64,000 nt of DNA from the human T2T-CHM13v2.0 reference genome, Homo sapiens: the NCBI RefSeq assembly GCF_009914755.1, contig NC_060926.1; one strand, 5' to 3'. A model generated the notes under the pieces. It was not told the origin of the DNA, searched no databases, and saw nothing but the letters and a program-made list of their open reading frames with translations. Of the stretch, positions 12,501 through 27,000 are shown piece by piece. The stretch's first letter is position 1; every line of letters begins with the position of its first letter. The translations under genes were made by a program, and so were the position numbers.

Positions 12501-13144
12501 GCCTTTGGCATCATTATCCTCATCACTAAATCCTACAGAGTACAGGGCGGAAAACGGTGCACACCATTCACAGAACTGGAGAACTCCAAGGGGCGAAAGT
12601 TAAAGGGAAAGATCCCGGGTCCTCAATCCAGATAGTCTCTTCTTATACAGATATCTCTAATGACCAGATTTGAGATGCACATCAAATTGTGTAGGTATCT
12701 CAGTACAGCTTCTGGAACAAAGTTCTCTGCCCTTTCTCTTATTGTTATTTTTTTCTTTTTAGGTACCAGAGCCAGAAAAAAAAATGCTGCATGGGAGCTG
12801 CATCTTAGGGCATGTGTATTAGGGTGTGTGCATGATGAATTTCTGGACTGGATCCCAATATTAAAAAGTAGTTTGGCATTTTAATAAAGGGTCTCTAAGT
12901 AAATTAAAATAGAACACTCGGTTGGCCGATCTCTGAATCTCTCTACACCTCGGGGAGACCTCACTACAAAGTAAGGGAGAGTGTGTAGGGAGGCAGGAGG
13001 AGAAACGAGAAAGGCCATAGAGAAACTTAGCAGGGAAGGGAGAGCATGATATTAAACGGCATGGGGTCTAAGTTTTGGAGTATATATTTTTTGATATTAC
13101 AATTAAAGTAAGATTAAAAAGAAAAGACTCCACCTTTGCTCTGA

Positions 13145-13265
13145 AGGGATTGGTTATGCAAATATGGAAGGGATTTCCTGGAGAATACAGCTTTCTACTG
13201 TATGGTTAATTAAATAATCACTCAAAAGCTTCCAACGTGACGCTTCTGTCGTAATCCAATCAGGT
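13145..13265. promoter_or_regulatory. Upstream transcription-factor motif cluster
   Basis: ATTGG 13149, octamer ATGCAAAT 13156-13163, kB-like GGGATTTCC 13170-13178, TTAATTAA 13206, half-CRE TGACG 13238, CCAATC 13256. Confidence 0.45.
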
Positions 13266-16149
13266 TACATAGGTCCTAAACAAGAAAGATATTTTCCACA
13301 TCTGGAAGTCAGCAATTTAGCAAGTACTGCACATTATTAACCAATTCAGAGCCCACTTCCCAGGGGAATTTTTTTGAAGTTTAAGTGTTCTTAACCAATG
13401 CTCTGCTGTTTTGTTAATCAAAAAGCTGGTTTACACTGCACATAATTGGAACTAATATAGAAGTAAATAAAGACAGCCAAATTTGAGGATGCTGAGCACA
13501 GGCATTTATCGGAAAAGGAAGAAATCTCCTATCCTCGGATGGTTCAGGCTCAATTTCTTAAATAACTGTGAGACTTTTTTTTTTTTCCTAAAGAGTGAAA
13601 GTGCTTGAGAACCTCAGAGCACAAATAAACTTCTAGCCTCACAGCATTTAGGATTCTTCGGAAAGGTAAAGGTGGAGGTGTTAAGAGGACCAGAGAGCTG
13701 CCTCACACCAATTTTTAAGCTTTAATATTGTTAAATATGTTACACCCTCCTGTTTCCAGTCTGATGAAATCTGAAACAAATAATACCCTGATCCAACACT
13801 ATATTAAGATAAACTGCTTTGAACTGTGCTTTGAATGTGTGCCTAAAGCAAGACTTTGAATGCAAGAGTCACTGGCAATTGCACTCAAAGGAGGGACAAG
13901 CCACCACATGGGTTGCCACATCCACACTCCCAGAGGTATACGTCTTTGTATTTTGTATTTTTTTTTGCGGGGGGGGGGAGTGGGGTGGGGGTGGTTAATA
14001 GCTACCTAGCACGACCACAGCTAGATCTTGTTCTAGGATGCAAGAAAGTAGATTTTCACAGTTGGTTACTCACCTCTTTCCTAATTTAAGTATTTATTAT
14101 AATGAAAATAGCTGCTGGATAAATTAACTCTCTCCCCCCACCCCATCACAGATAAAGTGTCTATAGAAGAAAGGCATTCAGGATCTTCAGCTTAAAAATT
14201 ATTAATAAATAAAATCAAAGATTTTCAACATGGGTCAGGCACATTCTTAATTTTATATTTTACATTTCTTTCATTATTATATATCTATACTAAATATATG
14301 TGTGACTTATCAAGTTCCTCTTCTGAGATTTAGCACCACTGTTCATGTCCATTTTTCTTCCTCTTCCTTTTTTTCCTCTTTTTTAATTTAAAAGATTGGA
14401 ATCCAGCTTTCTCTAGACGTTTGCTTTACAGCCACCCTTCCACCACTCCTAAGGAAGAAGGAGCCCTTTGCATAGAGTTATTACAGGCAAGACTCCTCTT
14501 CAGGCACCCAGGTAGCCATTGGAGGCTTACAGACCAGACACACACACAAGCATAACCTCAGGTCAAAGGATCCAATCGAATAGCTAACAAAACGCTTGTC
14601 TTTATTATGTATATTAAATGTCAGGTTACTTAGGATCTGACTTAAAAAAAAAAAAAAAACCCTAAGTATTTCCATTAAAAACACCTAATCATCTGATTAC
14701 CCTGGACTCAGGAATTGCTCAAGTGGCAGGAGGCAGTCCCCAACATTTATCACTGGGAGTTCCGACTAGCCAGTATTTGATTTGGGGTGAAAAAGCAGTC
14801 TTCCAGGTTCCCATGAAGGTAGATATTTGGATGGTGGCACGGGAAGGGTCTCCGCGAGGGGTGAGCGCTGCGGCTAGGTTGCCTTGCCCCTGGTTCCTGA
14901 CTGGCACGCCCCTCCCCAGGCATTTGGCCGAGAGAGTTCCCAACGTGGCAGAGGTGATGGGGTCGGGAGGAAGCCGGAATATAAATTTGTTCCGAACACT
15001 CCCTCAGTCCGAGGGCCAGTTCGGGGACAATGGGGATCGTGGGATCAGGAGGATGCAGGAGCACAGGACGCAGAGAAAAGTCGAGAGAGGACTGGGGGCT
15101 GCTGGCTTTCGGCTCCTCACACAGCAAAATAAGTCCTGCAAATGAATCTCTCCTTCTCTGTCTTCCCCATTAATAATCCACTTCGAGATTAGCGCAGACG
15201 AAAGAGATTAAAACAACAGATACACGGAAATGTGAAATAATATTGCAATCAACATTGAAGGGGGAAAAATAATTCTTTGGGGTTTCCATGGGCAAAACAA
15301 ACTACCTCCCTCAGGATTCCCTCCACCCAGGCAGGGTGAGAAGGATGCACTTTTGTTTTCCAATTCCCTCCAGCCAGGACCTGGTGCCTGTCCCCCCATT
15401 CACCTCTCAGTCTGTCAATTTCCTCAACTTTCACAGCCGCTCCCCCCTCCCCCCGCTCAGCTTGGCGGCCCAGATGCCCGAAGAGATACAATGTTTCTGC
15501 CCTTGAACACACAGGCTGTAGAAGGAATTCGAATTTGGCCACAGCTAATGATTTTTTTTAAAGCAAATTCTGTTTATTTTGTACCATGTGGAGAAAATAA
15601 AAAAAGGAACCTATTCTCGTTTTGAAATGAAACTGATCTTTCATCTAGAGGAATTATTCGACCTTGTGTTGTGACTCAGGAGGTGGGCAACTTCTTTTGG
15701 AGTTGCAAGCAAAGGGTGATAAAGGGGACCCCTGGACTGGGTGTGTGTGGAGGAGGTGGGGGGCGGCAGGGGTCCAAGCCAAGCCAAACGGTTTTCTCAC
15801 GTGCAGACTCGCAATCCAATCCATTCGGAGTTGAGCCTAGGATAGGAGGGGAAAGTCTATTAAAAAAAAAAAAATCAGGAGCATCTCTCTGAGAAGCCCT
15901 TTCAAACAAAACCAAAACAGGACCAGAGAAGCTCAGACCGTCCCTAACATCCCTGCTGCGAGACCCGCAGGCTGTGGAATCTCGCACGTCACCTGGCCCC
16001 AGCAGGGCGGCCAGCTGAGGGGTTGATTTTATTTTATTTTTTTGAAGTAAAGGCTGAATCTCGGCTTCAGGGCTTTTGCCAACGTCTCCACTGACAGGAA
16101 CCAGCAAACTTCAGGACCCAAATGAGCATCTTAATTTATTGATGCTAAA

Positions 16150-16720
16150 CAGGTCTGGTTGTTGTCCCCAATTTTCCGCGCGCTCTGCCACTCCCCCCCC
16201 CACACACCCCGCCCCAACCCCCGCCGCCAGCTTCGGTCCCTGCATTTGATCTCCAGGAAGGGCCCCGCTGCACAGGCGGAGGAGCGCGTCGCGGGGGGGG
16301 GCGGTGTTCGGCCCCCTCCCACCAGACCGCCCTCCCCCAGACCTGTCCCCGCCCGGGATCCTGCGACCCCCGCCCGCCGCCCGGTCAGCTGACCTGGCTC
16401 GCTCGCCTGCTCCCCGCCCGCCGCCCTGTTTCCGGTCCCCGGGGTCCGCGAGCCGCGCTCCGAGCGGGCGCAGCCGCGGCCGGGAGGTGATGCTGGGGGC
16501 TGATTACCATGAGAAAGGCTGTGCCTGGAAAAGCCTCCTCCACGCGACTGTCAATCTCACTAAGGCTGGGGGGGCGGGGAGCTGGGGGGGGGGACGGAAA
16601 GGGGCCCTGTAGGAGTCACCAGAAAACTTGGAGTAAGTTGGATGCGACGCAGGCCCGAGGAGGTGGCTTTCGCCTCAACTTGGAAGGCTGGGGCGTTGAG
16701 GGCGCGGACGCCAGCAGCCT
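16150..16720. promoter_or_regulatory. Upstream CpG island, probable distal or bidirectional promoter
   Basis: Dense CpG and GC boxes; donor-like motifs on both strands nearby. Confidence 0.8.
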
Positions 16721-18409
16721 CACCAGGGAATTGAAAACCAAAAATCTCCCTCCTGCTTTTCCTCCCTCTGGCCCTCCTTTCAGCCCTCCCTGCCCTTTAT
16801 CCTTATTTTCTTGAAATTCTTTCCCAGTTGCATTTCCTACGTTCTCCTTTCTATCTGATATCTCCCTTTTGCAATTTCTTGTTTTCTTTCTTAACATCCA
16901 CTCTTCTCCCTCGCTGTGATTCTTTTTGTGCCTCTTTTATGTGTCCAGATTTATCATTTCGTTTTGAAAACAGAACGTTTAATGTGTAATTAATCTACCA
17001 GCAGGAGGGCAGGGACACCCTGACTAAAATAACTCCCCGGGTCTCAGAGACGACAAGTTCACCAGGTGTCAGTGAAAAGTAAAATAATAATAATAAAAAT
17101 AAAATAAATCAATATTTCAGTGACCATAATGGTTTATTCTTCTATATTATCACATCAGCTCAGACTGATAATTTTAAAAGACAAGATATAATAGATATAG
17201 TCTTCCTGGAAAAAATGCATAATGCTTGGCATAGGGGCATTCTTTAGAATTAAGGCAATGTGAAAAAGTTTGTTTACAGCCATATTTTAGTAGTACTTAA
17301 TTTGTTAACAGACTTTAGACATTACAATAGGTAATTTTATGAAACTTAAACTGCGCTTTTCTTCTGATGACTATTTGCAAAGGGTAAAAAATTCCCAAAG
17401 CACTCCTCCTGAACCCCAACAAAGATTGATCAATTCAGAGAGAAACATCATCATGTCACGTAGTTTGCACATTACTAAGCAAATTCACAACTTGGGTTGT
17501 TGGGTTATTTTCTTGACTAGGCTAGGTTACTGTCCGTTACCTAGCAGGTGAGTGAGCATGAGGCGGCATATGTCATGAACATAACTGTTTTTGTTTTGTT
17601 TTCTTTATTATTATTTTTTGCTCTTCCCTTCACTTTGGGCATATTTGTTGTTCTCATTAAAATTCAGAGTTTTCACTTGTTTACAATTTGTTTACTTTGT
17701 TGAATTTTAAAAACTTGATAGAAGTCAATTGAACATGTATATTTAGCCCTTTTTAGGCCAAGAAAAATAAAGATGTATTAGAAAGATGCCTTTTCTGCTT
17801 CATAATTATTAATTGACATTTTATGATGAATAATTAATCATTTGAATAATTTTAGTATCTCTGATCTGAACACATATTTGCATATCTAATGCTTGATTTT
17901 AAATGTGTTTTTTAAAAATTCATTCTCTCAGGATGAAGAAACAAAGTCACATTTTAATGCAAAATTTCTCTTCTACACTTGTAAAAGTTTATTTATTGAG
18001 CTGTAATATTCTTTCTAGATATCCATAAACTTCTTAACAATTTGTAAACCATTTATGAGGCATTCACATACAAATATGTGGCACACTACAATTAATTAGG
18101 AAAAACAATACTCTATGTAAAATCAAGTCACTCTCCTCCCCAAATCCAGAGATGTGCACTAATTATGCACTATGTTTTCTTATTGGAATTTTGTCATTTA
18201 AATTTTTAGTTATGTCTATTAATTCAAGTCTAAAAGTGGAAAATTGCAGCAATTGACAAATAACTCAGGCCTGGTATTTAGGATCATTTTTTATCTTTTA
18301 CTTACTAACATATGGGCTGATTTAAATTATTAAAAATGATTAAGTAAGTGTATCCCTGATATTTTTATTCTCCTGTGCCAGTTAAAGTCCAAAGTATTAA
18401 TATCTATTT

Positions 18410-18560
18410 TGAATACTAGCCCTGCAAATGACTACCTGTGTGATTATAAGCAGTCTCCTATAAGCTTGTTTTATTTTTAATCTCCAATGTGGGTACACTA
18501 ATAATGCTATCCCTTGGGATTTTATTGAGAATTAAATGAAGTAATGCATAAAACTTCACT
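18410..18560 (+). mobile_element. MIR fragment (degraded)
   Basis: MIR-like 3' part: ...gagaattaaatgaagtaatgcataaaa. Confidence 0.5.
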
Positions 18561-19784
18561 ATATTGTAGCTTTATTATTATAATGAAAGGTTAAACAAAT
18601 ATACAGATCAACTAAAGATGGTACAAATTAATTTTGATTATTAAAAATAACAACTATTTACAGTATATTTTTTATTGAAAAATCAGTGCTGTGTTATTAC
18701 GTGAAGAAAGAAAATGAAAAGCATTTTAGGATTTATGGCTGGTTTATGATTTTTTCGAACTGTTCAAAGGATGCGTAGCCACAGAAGTGAAAATAAATAC
18801 AGTATTTCCTTTCTGTTAGTTCAGCAGTTAATTTAGTGTATTCAATATGGTCATAATTTGGTTATAAATATTAGACTTCTTTTGAAAAGGAATTTAGTCC
18901 AAATGTATGAACTTGAAGTTTCCCATGCTCTTTAGTAACATATTGTCTTTTAGTGTAAGGGTTAAATGTGCAAAAGCTCAGAAGCGGTCTTGAGTAAGAC
19001 TTGTGAAAAAAAGGGCAAACTTACAAATTTGAAGACCAGGAATTTGGCTGTCAGAGCACTGTTTGCTTTAAGACCATTCATAATGAACTGAGCATTCCCT
19101 TTTGGAATTGTAGCTGTCCTGGGGTTTGCGCTAATTTCAAGTACCTAGAGTGGTGAAGAAAATCAGTGTATTAAGTGGAAAATGAAATTCCCTAGTCTCT
19201 TAAATGTCCACAAGGCCAGATTTTCTTTTTGATGTAAAACTGAAAAATCAATGCAAATGCCAGGGGGAAAAACTATCGTGATGTAATACTAACACTGATA
19301 GTTTTTGGTTGTTCTTGTTTTCTTTAAGACTTCTCAAAACACTTATATCTGTAGTTCTTAAAGGGTCTGTTAATTGTTTCTATTTTGAAAGCATCCATTC
19401 CATGCTCCTTTTAGGTCAAAACTACCAAACCAGACATTTGGACATCAGCGTAGGGGACTGGGTGTGACCTGTACCTTTTTTCTCCCTCTGACAATGGGAC
19501 TAGAAATGGTTTGCACCTGCAAATTGTCTAGTGACCTGGAAATTACTTCATGCTTGCTTCAAGGTCTTCTTTAATACTCTTTATTCTGTTAAAAGGCTCA
19601 AACTATAAACTTTGTTCTGTACTCAGTTTTAATTTTGTACCATTCTAAGGGTGAATTTTTTTTTTTCAGGGTTCTTTCAGGTACTTAAATGTAAAAACTT
19701 TACTCTCAAAATTTATTATCATCTCCATGGCAATCACAAATATAAAGTAATAATAGCTAAGGAAAAAAAACCCCTGCTTTTCTA

Positions 19785-19940
19785 GGCTTGGCACTATGCT
19801 AAATCCTTTCACGTATCATTTAATTCTGATAGCAGATCTGAAGGGGTTACAACTGGGTCCATTTTATTAGCTGAGAAAATTGTGGCTTAGGGAGAGTCAG
19901 TGACTCCCCACAATTCAAGCATCTGGTTCTTGGTGTGCTT
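19785..19940 (-). mobile_element. MIR fragment
   Basis: ggcactatgctaaatcctttcacgtatcatttaattct...ccattttattagctgagaaaattgtggcttag resembles the reverse MIR core. Confidence 0.65.
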
Positions 19941-20602
19941 TTGAATCTGCCACGTCCACCCCCAGGGCCAACACCATATTCATGTGACATCCAACATCTT
20001 TTTACCTTTCCCAGATGTGTTTCTGACCCACTTGTGCCCACCCGCTCTGCACATTGTGACCCATTTCCAGGCCTCCTGGATGCTGTGATTGGCCCTTGTT
20101 TTTCCACGTATGGCTTATTTTGCCTTTTGGACCTAACACTTAGGCTCATTTTTCCAGTTACAATATTGGCTCAAGTCCTTGAGCCAAAGTTTCTCTGGCT
20201 TTGGTGCCTCTGGCTTCCCAGATAAAGTGTATTTTCTGGTCCAGTCTCTTCTCCCAGGCACCCGACTTAGGAAAAGCTCCCATGGGAGGTTCTTGCTAGC
20301 TCAACTGGCTCCAACATTGGGCCCAGGCACAGGACAAGTTAGTGATGAAGGAGACATCATGGTCCAGAGATGTCGTGGAATAGTTTTTATTTCTTATACA
20401 ACTTCTGTTAGCACTTGTTGACTGGAAACTGGACATTAGTATATTTGACACTAGATCCTCAATGTTAGCATATTATAGTGACAAAGATACAGGTTTTGGA
20501 ATTAGATAAACTGGATGTGGCTCCCTGCTTGGTAAATACTAATTGTGTATTGAGGACAAGTTATTTTACCCATGTGAACCTTATTTTTAAAGTAGGCAAA
20601 GG

Positions 20603-20919
20603 AGCTGGGTGCAGTGGCTCACGCCTGTAATCCCAGCACTTTGGAAGACCGAGGAGGGTGGATCACCAGGTCGAGAGTTCAAGACCATCCTGGCCAGCAT
20701 GGTGAAACCCCATCTCTACTAAAAATACAAAAATCAGCCAGCCCGGCGTGGTGGTGCATGCCTATAATCCTAGCTACTCGGGAGGCTGAGGAAGAGAATT
20801 GCTTGAACCCAGGAGGCAGAGGTTGCAGTGAGCCGAGATGGTGCCACTGCACTCCATGCACTCCAGCCCGGGCAACAGAGCGAGACCCTGTCTCAAAAAA
20901 AAAAAAAAAAAAAAAAAAA
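20603..20919 (+). mobile_element. Alu (S-like), full length
   Basis: Dimeric Alu with A25 tail and degenerate TSD gg(c/t)aaaggag. Confidence 0.96.
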
Positions 20920-21058
20920 TTGGTAAAGGAGTACTTAGATTCAAGCTGGTTGTGGTAAAGAAAATATGACTGTATACAAAATGTCTGGCACAGAGCAGGT
21001 GTATCAATAAATAGTAATTCCTACTATCATGAATTACCTGAAAAATACATGAAGTTAA

Positions 21059-21434
<376 letters not shown>

Positions 21435-24400
21435 TAACTGGTTTCTGCATTATACAGAAATCAATGTTTACTGATAAAGTTGGAAAAGTAATATGGTCAT
21501 AGAATTTCTTAAGTTGTAGGAAACCTGGCGTGCTCATGATTATAAATATGATGTCAACAGCTGAGATGAGGACATATGCACACTTTAAAATTTGGTGATC
21601 TATTTTATACTTTCATTTGCAATTGTAAGGAAAAAACCTTTCTTCAGCGAATTCTCCCGATATGACTTGCTATAGGAGGAAGCACTCTTGCAGGCAGCTG
21701 AGTGTGGTCAAGAAGTGTCAAAGATCCTATTTGTTCAAGGTAAATATAAGAGGGTCTCAATATTGTTCAAAACTCTTTACCTAGTCTTGCCATAACTTCA
21801 GAGGTGTGAAGGAGTGGGGAGACATAGAGGGATGGAATAGCGCTGAGAAAGTTTGCCTGCACTATCTTTTTCCACCCCCCAACCCCTCTTGCCCCCAGTT
21901 GAATGCTGAAACAGCTACTTTAAAAAAGAAAAGAAAAAAGTAAGACTATGTATAGAGTACAGACATTGCTTCACTCTCCTGCCTGCAAATTTGGGAGTAG
22001 GGTTGTGTCAGCAGGTCCTGGCATGATCTACTGTGTATGTGACTCTGCTACCCTATGCCCTAGAAAGGAGGGTGTCCGGGGAGGATTGGGCTGTGGACAC
22101 AGGGAGCATATTGTTCCAATGGTTCTGCTACAGTGCAAACCAGGCTTCTTTCTCTCTCTCTGGAACTAACTTTGCTACACATGCAAAAAAATCTGTTCCT
22201 ATTAGGTTTTTCCCTGGCCATTGTGGAAGCATAAGTATGGCTCCTGTGGCAAAGGCATAATTTCTCTGTGTTGAGGGAAGCTGGCTTACCTGTTGTTCTT
22301 GGCACTCAGCTAGCACCCTTCTAGACAAGAGGGAAAGAACAAAGCTGAAAGTTCACAGAAAATATTTGGTGTTTTAAAACAAGAAGGAAAAATTAAAACC
22401 CCATTCTTTTAAAGCTTAATTTATCTATCTTCTAAGAATTTGGAATTTCAGTTTAGAGAAATCAGTATAGTCCTGAGTTATATTATTACCTAATGTCACA
22501 TAGCTCTATGGGATATTGAAATATTATTTGTTACAGCCTAAAGATGATCTATATTCAAGTTTTGCTTCTCCCAAGGAGGATTCTTGCATGGTTGAAGAAA
22601 ACATTCAGGGTTAGGTGAAATATGCTTGTGAATGACATTTGAAATCACCTTGGACTTTGAATTTGAGGGACAGTAATGCTTTTATGATATTAACGCAAAG
22701 CACCGTCACTTGGAAAATTTTAAACTATTGCTTCATTTATGATCTCCAAATAGTAATTTATTTGACAAAGGAAGGTGATTTATCACGGATGTCTCTTTTG
22801 CAACCCCCTGGAACAGTGCCTATTATATAGTAATATTTGTTGCTGTTTGTGGAATCCGTCATTCATTTAGAAGCTTTAGGGAGATACAAACTGATCTCCT
22901 ACTGAAAACTTACAACTTGAGATAAGAATGAGGACAGATGAGGGTAGCAGGCAGGGACCATGGGTACTTAAGACCCTACACGCTCCTTTTTACAGACTTA
23001 TGTACTTGATTACATTGTTTAACACAAACTGTTTTATTCCTCTTTTTTTGTGTCACTTTTATACACAGCCTAAAAAAGAATTGAAGGAGCAAAAACAGAG
23101 CTGCATGTGTATGTTTGTCTCATTCTTTAAATAGATGACTCAGATGAGCCTTCTTGTAGTTTGTTTTTAAGTAAACACATGAAAATATAATAGGTTTTCT
23201 CTGATAAAGGAAAGAAATAATAAGGAGAGAATGGAATGAACTAGAAGAGGTGTGTTGCTTAGGAAGGCAAGGTGAAGTAGTAATTTAGGATAAATGATCC
23301 CTTTCCCCTCCAATCCCACACAATAACTAAAGAAGGAAAACAGAGAAGATGAGTTTTGTTTTGTTTTTCCTTCTATAAGTAAATGGACAGGCTCTACAGA
23401 TAATGGGTTCGATGATTTTCTTGCTAGCAGCTTCATTTTCATGTAGAACAACTGGTTGCCCAAAGGTATTAAGGGGAAAGTTTGAGCCCTGATTTTAATG
23501 CTTTCTCCAATACCCTTCCCGCCCTCTTTTTGCTCCCCCCTGTTTTCGGCCTTATTTCTTGGGGCCCTCACCTCTTCTTACCTTTCTTTTGATACTCTGT
23601 ATTTAGAGGGAATATGCTTTCAATGCTAGGCTTGTTCACAGCCTTCAACATGCTTAGCCTTTAAATAATAAGATATGACCCTAAGATTTGAAAATTTCAT
23701 TGTGCTACAGAATATTGCCTAGAGGAAATGGAATGTTTACCTGAACTATGTTATGACAAAGGACAGTTCAATACTATTATTACATGCCCAGTACCTACCA
23801 TAGTGCTTGGTTCATGAGAGGAGCTGTGTAAATGTCTGATGAATGAGTGAATGAATGTACGTATGCATAAATGCTATAAAAAAAGCCAGACTTAAGATAA
23901 CAGATACCATTTGTTCTACATGGCAAATTAAAGTTAAAAGGTATGAATGCAGGTGCAAGAATCACCTGTGGGTACAAACGGAATTCTGATATTATTTTTG
24001 AATTCTGGGTATGATATTTTATTTCCGAAATGAAATACCTAAATCATTTAAAAAGCAATATAGATATATAACAGTTCCTCATTCGCTCACTTGCAAAGGA
24101 AATTTTCAATACAAATAAAGTCATACATATTTATACTAGGGTAATTCAAAATAACTTCCTCACATAAGCACTGCTACGTTCAAATAAAATCTTGCCAACA
24201 CTTCTGAGTACATTGGTTTAAGAAAAAAATGCTCCCCGTAGCGTCCGAACTATTTAAAAATCTCACAGGCTTCTTCAACATACATCAGTTATCTCTCTTC
24301 AAATCACTGACAATAATTTAAAAACTGCTTCATCAGAACAAATGCTACCCTTTCTCCTACTCTAGTTAGAACCTGATCTTCTAAAAAGGACCATATTTAC

Positions 24401-25049
24401 AGCTTCTTTTGAAATTTTAAAACCATTTGGCTGATATGTTTTTGCTACATTTTTTCCTGATTTAATTACTGGGACATTTGCATGAAAACAGGAAAATAGG
24501 GACATAAGATTTTTGTCTTGTGAGTTCATCTGTTTCTGATGCTTACTCTCCACCTGAGATCCATATCTGTTTTGTTACAACTGGGAGACCAGGAGCTAGA
24601 TTTGAATTGATAAAGATATTGTTAGAGGTGAAATGAAGTTCAAAACTAGGGACTCAGGAGGCTAAGAGATTGATGGATGATATGATAATTAATTTTCTTC
24701 TAGGTTATTTATTTATGAGCAGTCCATATTGTCAGTGACACATGGCATTGCTATTGAAAAGCTTAAAATCCAGGGAATGATACAGAACTAGAGTGTCAAG
24801 ACTTCTCTGAGAAAACCACACCCAGGTAGTTACTGCTTGTCATGGATTGACAGATGTCGGAGAAAACAGTGAAGGAGCTGAGTCTAGGTCATGTATGAAC
24901 TCAAGATGGCCACTGAAAGTTGGAAAGAAAAGAAGCAAAATGCCCATCTAATTCTGATTACCTTCCAAATGCCTGTGATTTTTCACTAGGAGAATCAGAG
25001 AAGGCTATCAGGATAAATTCTCAGCATCTTCACCTGGAGTTCCATGGCA

Positions 25050-25407
25050 TGTAGAAATTTACATTTTCAAAGCTAAAGTCATAATCTTGTTCTAACTTTT
25101 TATTTCTCCAATATACTCCAACTTGTTCAGTGGCACCAGAGTCTCGCCAGTCTTCTAAACTCCAACTCTAGGTTTATCCATGACTCCTCTCTTTTCCTTT
25201 ACTTCCACATTCAAGCACTCCATATGGCTAAGCAGCATACCTCTGCCTGTTTCTTAAAGCATTGCTGTCCTCCAACACTCCCTACCCTACTTTAGCTACT
25301 CATCATTTCTTTCCTGGAAGGCTGTGCCCGCCACCTAACTGGCCTTCCTGTTTTCACTCTTTCCTCCTCACATCTATTCTCCACGCCATCACCAGAGTGA
25401 GTGATTG
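25050..25407 (+). mobile_element. L2 fragment (degraded), interrupted by MER1A
   Basis: L2-like phrases such as catgactcctctcttttcctttacttccacattcaa and ctattctccacgccatcaccagagtga. Confidence 0.55.
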
Positions 25408-25415
25408 CTCTAAAA

Positions 25416-25928
25416 CAAAGGTCCCTAACCCCCAGGCCACGGACCCGTGAGGAACCAGGCCACACAGCAGGAGGTGAGTGGGAGGCAGGCAAGCGAAGCT
25501 TCATCTGTATTTACACCTGCTCCCCAAGGCTCACATTACTGCCTGAGCTCCGCCTCCTGTCAGATCAGCAGTGACAGTAGATTCTCATAGGAGCGTGAAC
25601 ACTATTGTGAACTGCACATGTGAGGGATCTAGGTGGTGAGCTCCTTATGAGAATCTAATGCCTGATGATCTGTCACTATCTCCCATCACCCCCAGATGGG
25701 ACCATTTAGTTGCAGGAATACCAGCTCAGGGGTCCCACTGATTCTACATTACGGTGAGTTGTATAATTATCTAATTGTATATTACAATGTAATAATAAGA
25801 GAAATAAAGTGCACAGTAAATGTAATGCTCTTGAATCATCCCAAAACCATTCCCTCAATCCCTGCATCTGTGGAAACATTGTCTTCCATGAAACTGACCC
25901 CTGGTGCCAAAAAGGTTGGGGACCACTG
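25416..25928. mobile_element. MER1A (hAT-Charlie non-autonomous DNA transposon)
   Basis: Termini caaaggtccctaacc...ggttggggaccactg, a perfect 8-bp TSD ctctaaaa (25408-25415 and 25929-25936), and a typical MER1 interior. Confidence 0.92.
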
Positions 25929-26294
25929 CTCTAAAACATATTTCTGCTCATGCCACTGCTGACAATAAAACCATCAGTGGTTCTCCATTTCATACCTGCT
26001 GTGTTTCTCAAATCTTTCCTCAAAGTAACTATAAGGATGGGTATTTTAATGTTTACAAAGATTGTTTTGAATCAATAGTTCTTCAACGTCAACCTTGTTT
26101 ATCTCCCATACTGTTGGGCAAAATCAAGAATCCAAGAAGCTGGGTCATGTTAATCCTGTTTGTCCCTAGAGTTTGATTTGCACAGTGTGAGAAGCAGAGA
26201 GCCAACCGGAGAAACTATAGGTTCTTTAGCAAAGCATATGAGTCACCTCACCTTTTTTTTTTAGCCTTGAAATAGTGTTTTTATAAAATTATTT

Positions 26295-26590
26295 TTAATG
26301 TTTTTCATTTCAATAGTTTTTGGGGTACAGGTGGTTTTTGATTACATGGATTGGCTCTTTGGTGGTGAATTCTGAGATTTTAGTGCACCTGCTACCCAAG
26401 CAATGGACATGGTACCCAGTATGTAGTCTTTTATCCCTCACTCACCTCCCAACCTCCCACCCTGCATCCCCAAAGTACATTATATCACTCTGTATGTTTT
26501 TGCATCCTTACACCTTAGCTCCCACTTATAAGTGAGAACATACAGTATTTGGTTTTCCATTCCTGAGTTATTTCCTTTAGATTAATGATG
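26295..26590 (-). mobile_element. L1 3' end fragment (L1PB-like)
   Basis: caatagtttttggggtacaggtggt...ctcccacttataagtgagaaca. Confidence 0.88.
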
Positions 26591-26689
26591 AGGCTCTTTT
26601 AGGTGGAACATTTTCATTTCTTCAACCTCCTCTCCCACGATTCTTCAAATGGCTTATACGACTTCTGTAATATTGTTTATATTTTTTCA

Positions 26690-27000
26690 TGAACAATGCA
26701 TGTTGTTTCCAGTGTTAGGGACCTTTCCTATCCTATTTACTCTACCCGGAATGTTCTTTCCTTCTCCCTTCATGTGACTGACTTCTGTTCACTGCTTAAC
26801 TCAGGTCATATGCCATCTTCCCCTGGTTCCCAGGCTGGCTTTCTGTGTCCAATTATTTGTTTATATATCTTCTTTTTACTAGAATATGACCTTCTCTGAG
26901 GATAGAGACATTGTCAGTTTCATCAGTATGCCCCCAATTCCTAGCAAGTATCTGGCACATAGTGGACACTTAAAAACACTTTTTGAACTGAGTATGAATA
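26690..27000 (+). mobile_element. L2 3' fragment
   Basis: ...cctagcaagtatctggcacatagtggacacttaaaaacactttttgaactgagtatgaa. Confidence 0.6.

Larger units (their letters stand above)
11621..12905 (+). ncRNA. ZEB2-AS1: ZEB2 antisense RNA 1 (spliced natural antisense lncRNA); ends approximate
   Basis: Plus-strand donor CAG|GTACAG (11681), candidate acceptor TTGTTTGTAG| (11965), donor CAG|GTTAGA (12117), strong polypyrimidine acceptors ending at 12221 and 12762, and AATAAA at 12883-12888. The position over ZEB2 exon 1 fits the known antisense transcript. Confidence 0.8.

Noticed and set aside
15996-16014. CTCF-like CCAGCAGGGCGGCC
   Set aside because: The core spacing deviates from consensus and cannot be supported without ChIP data.
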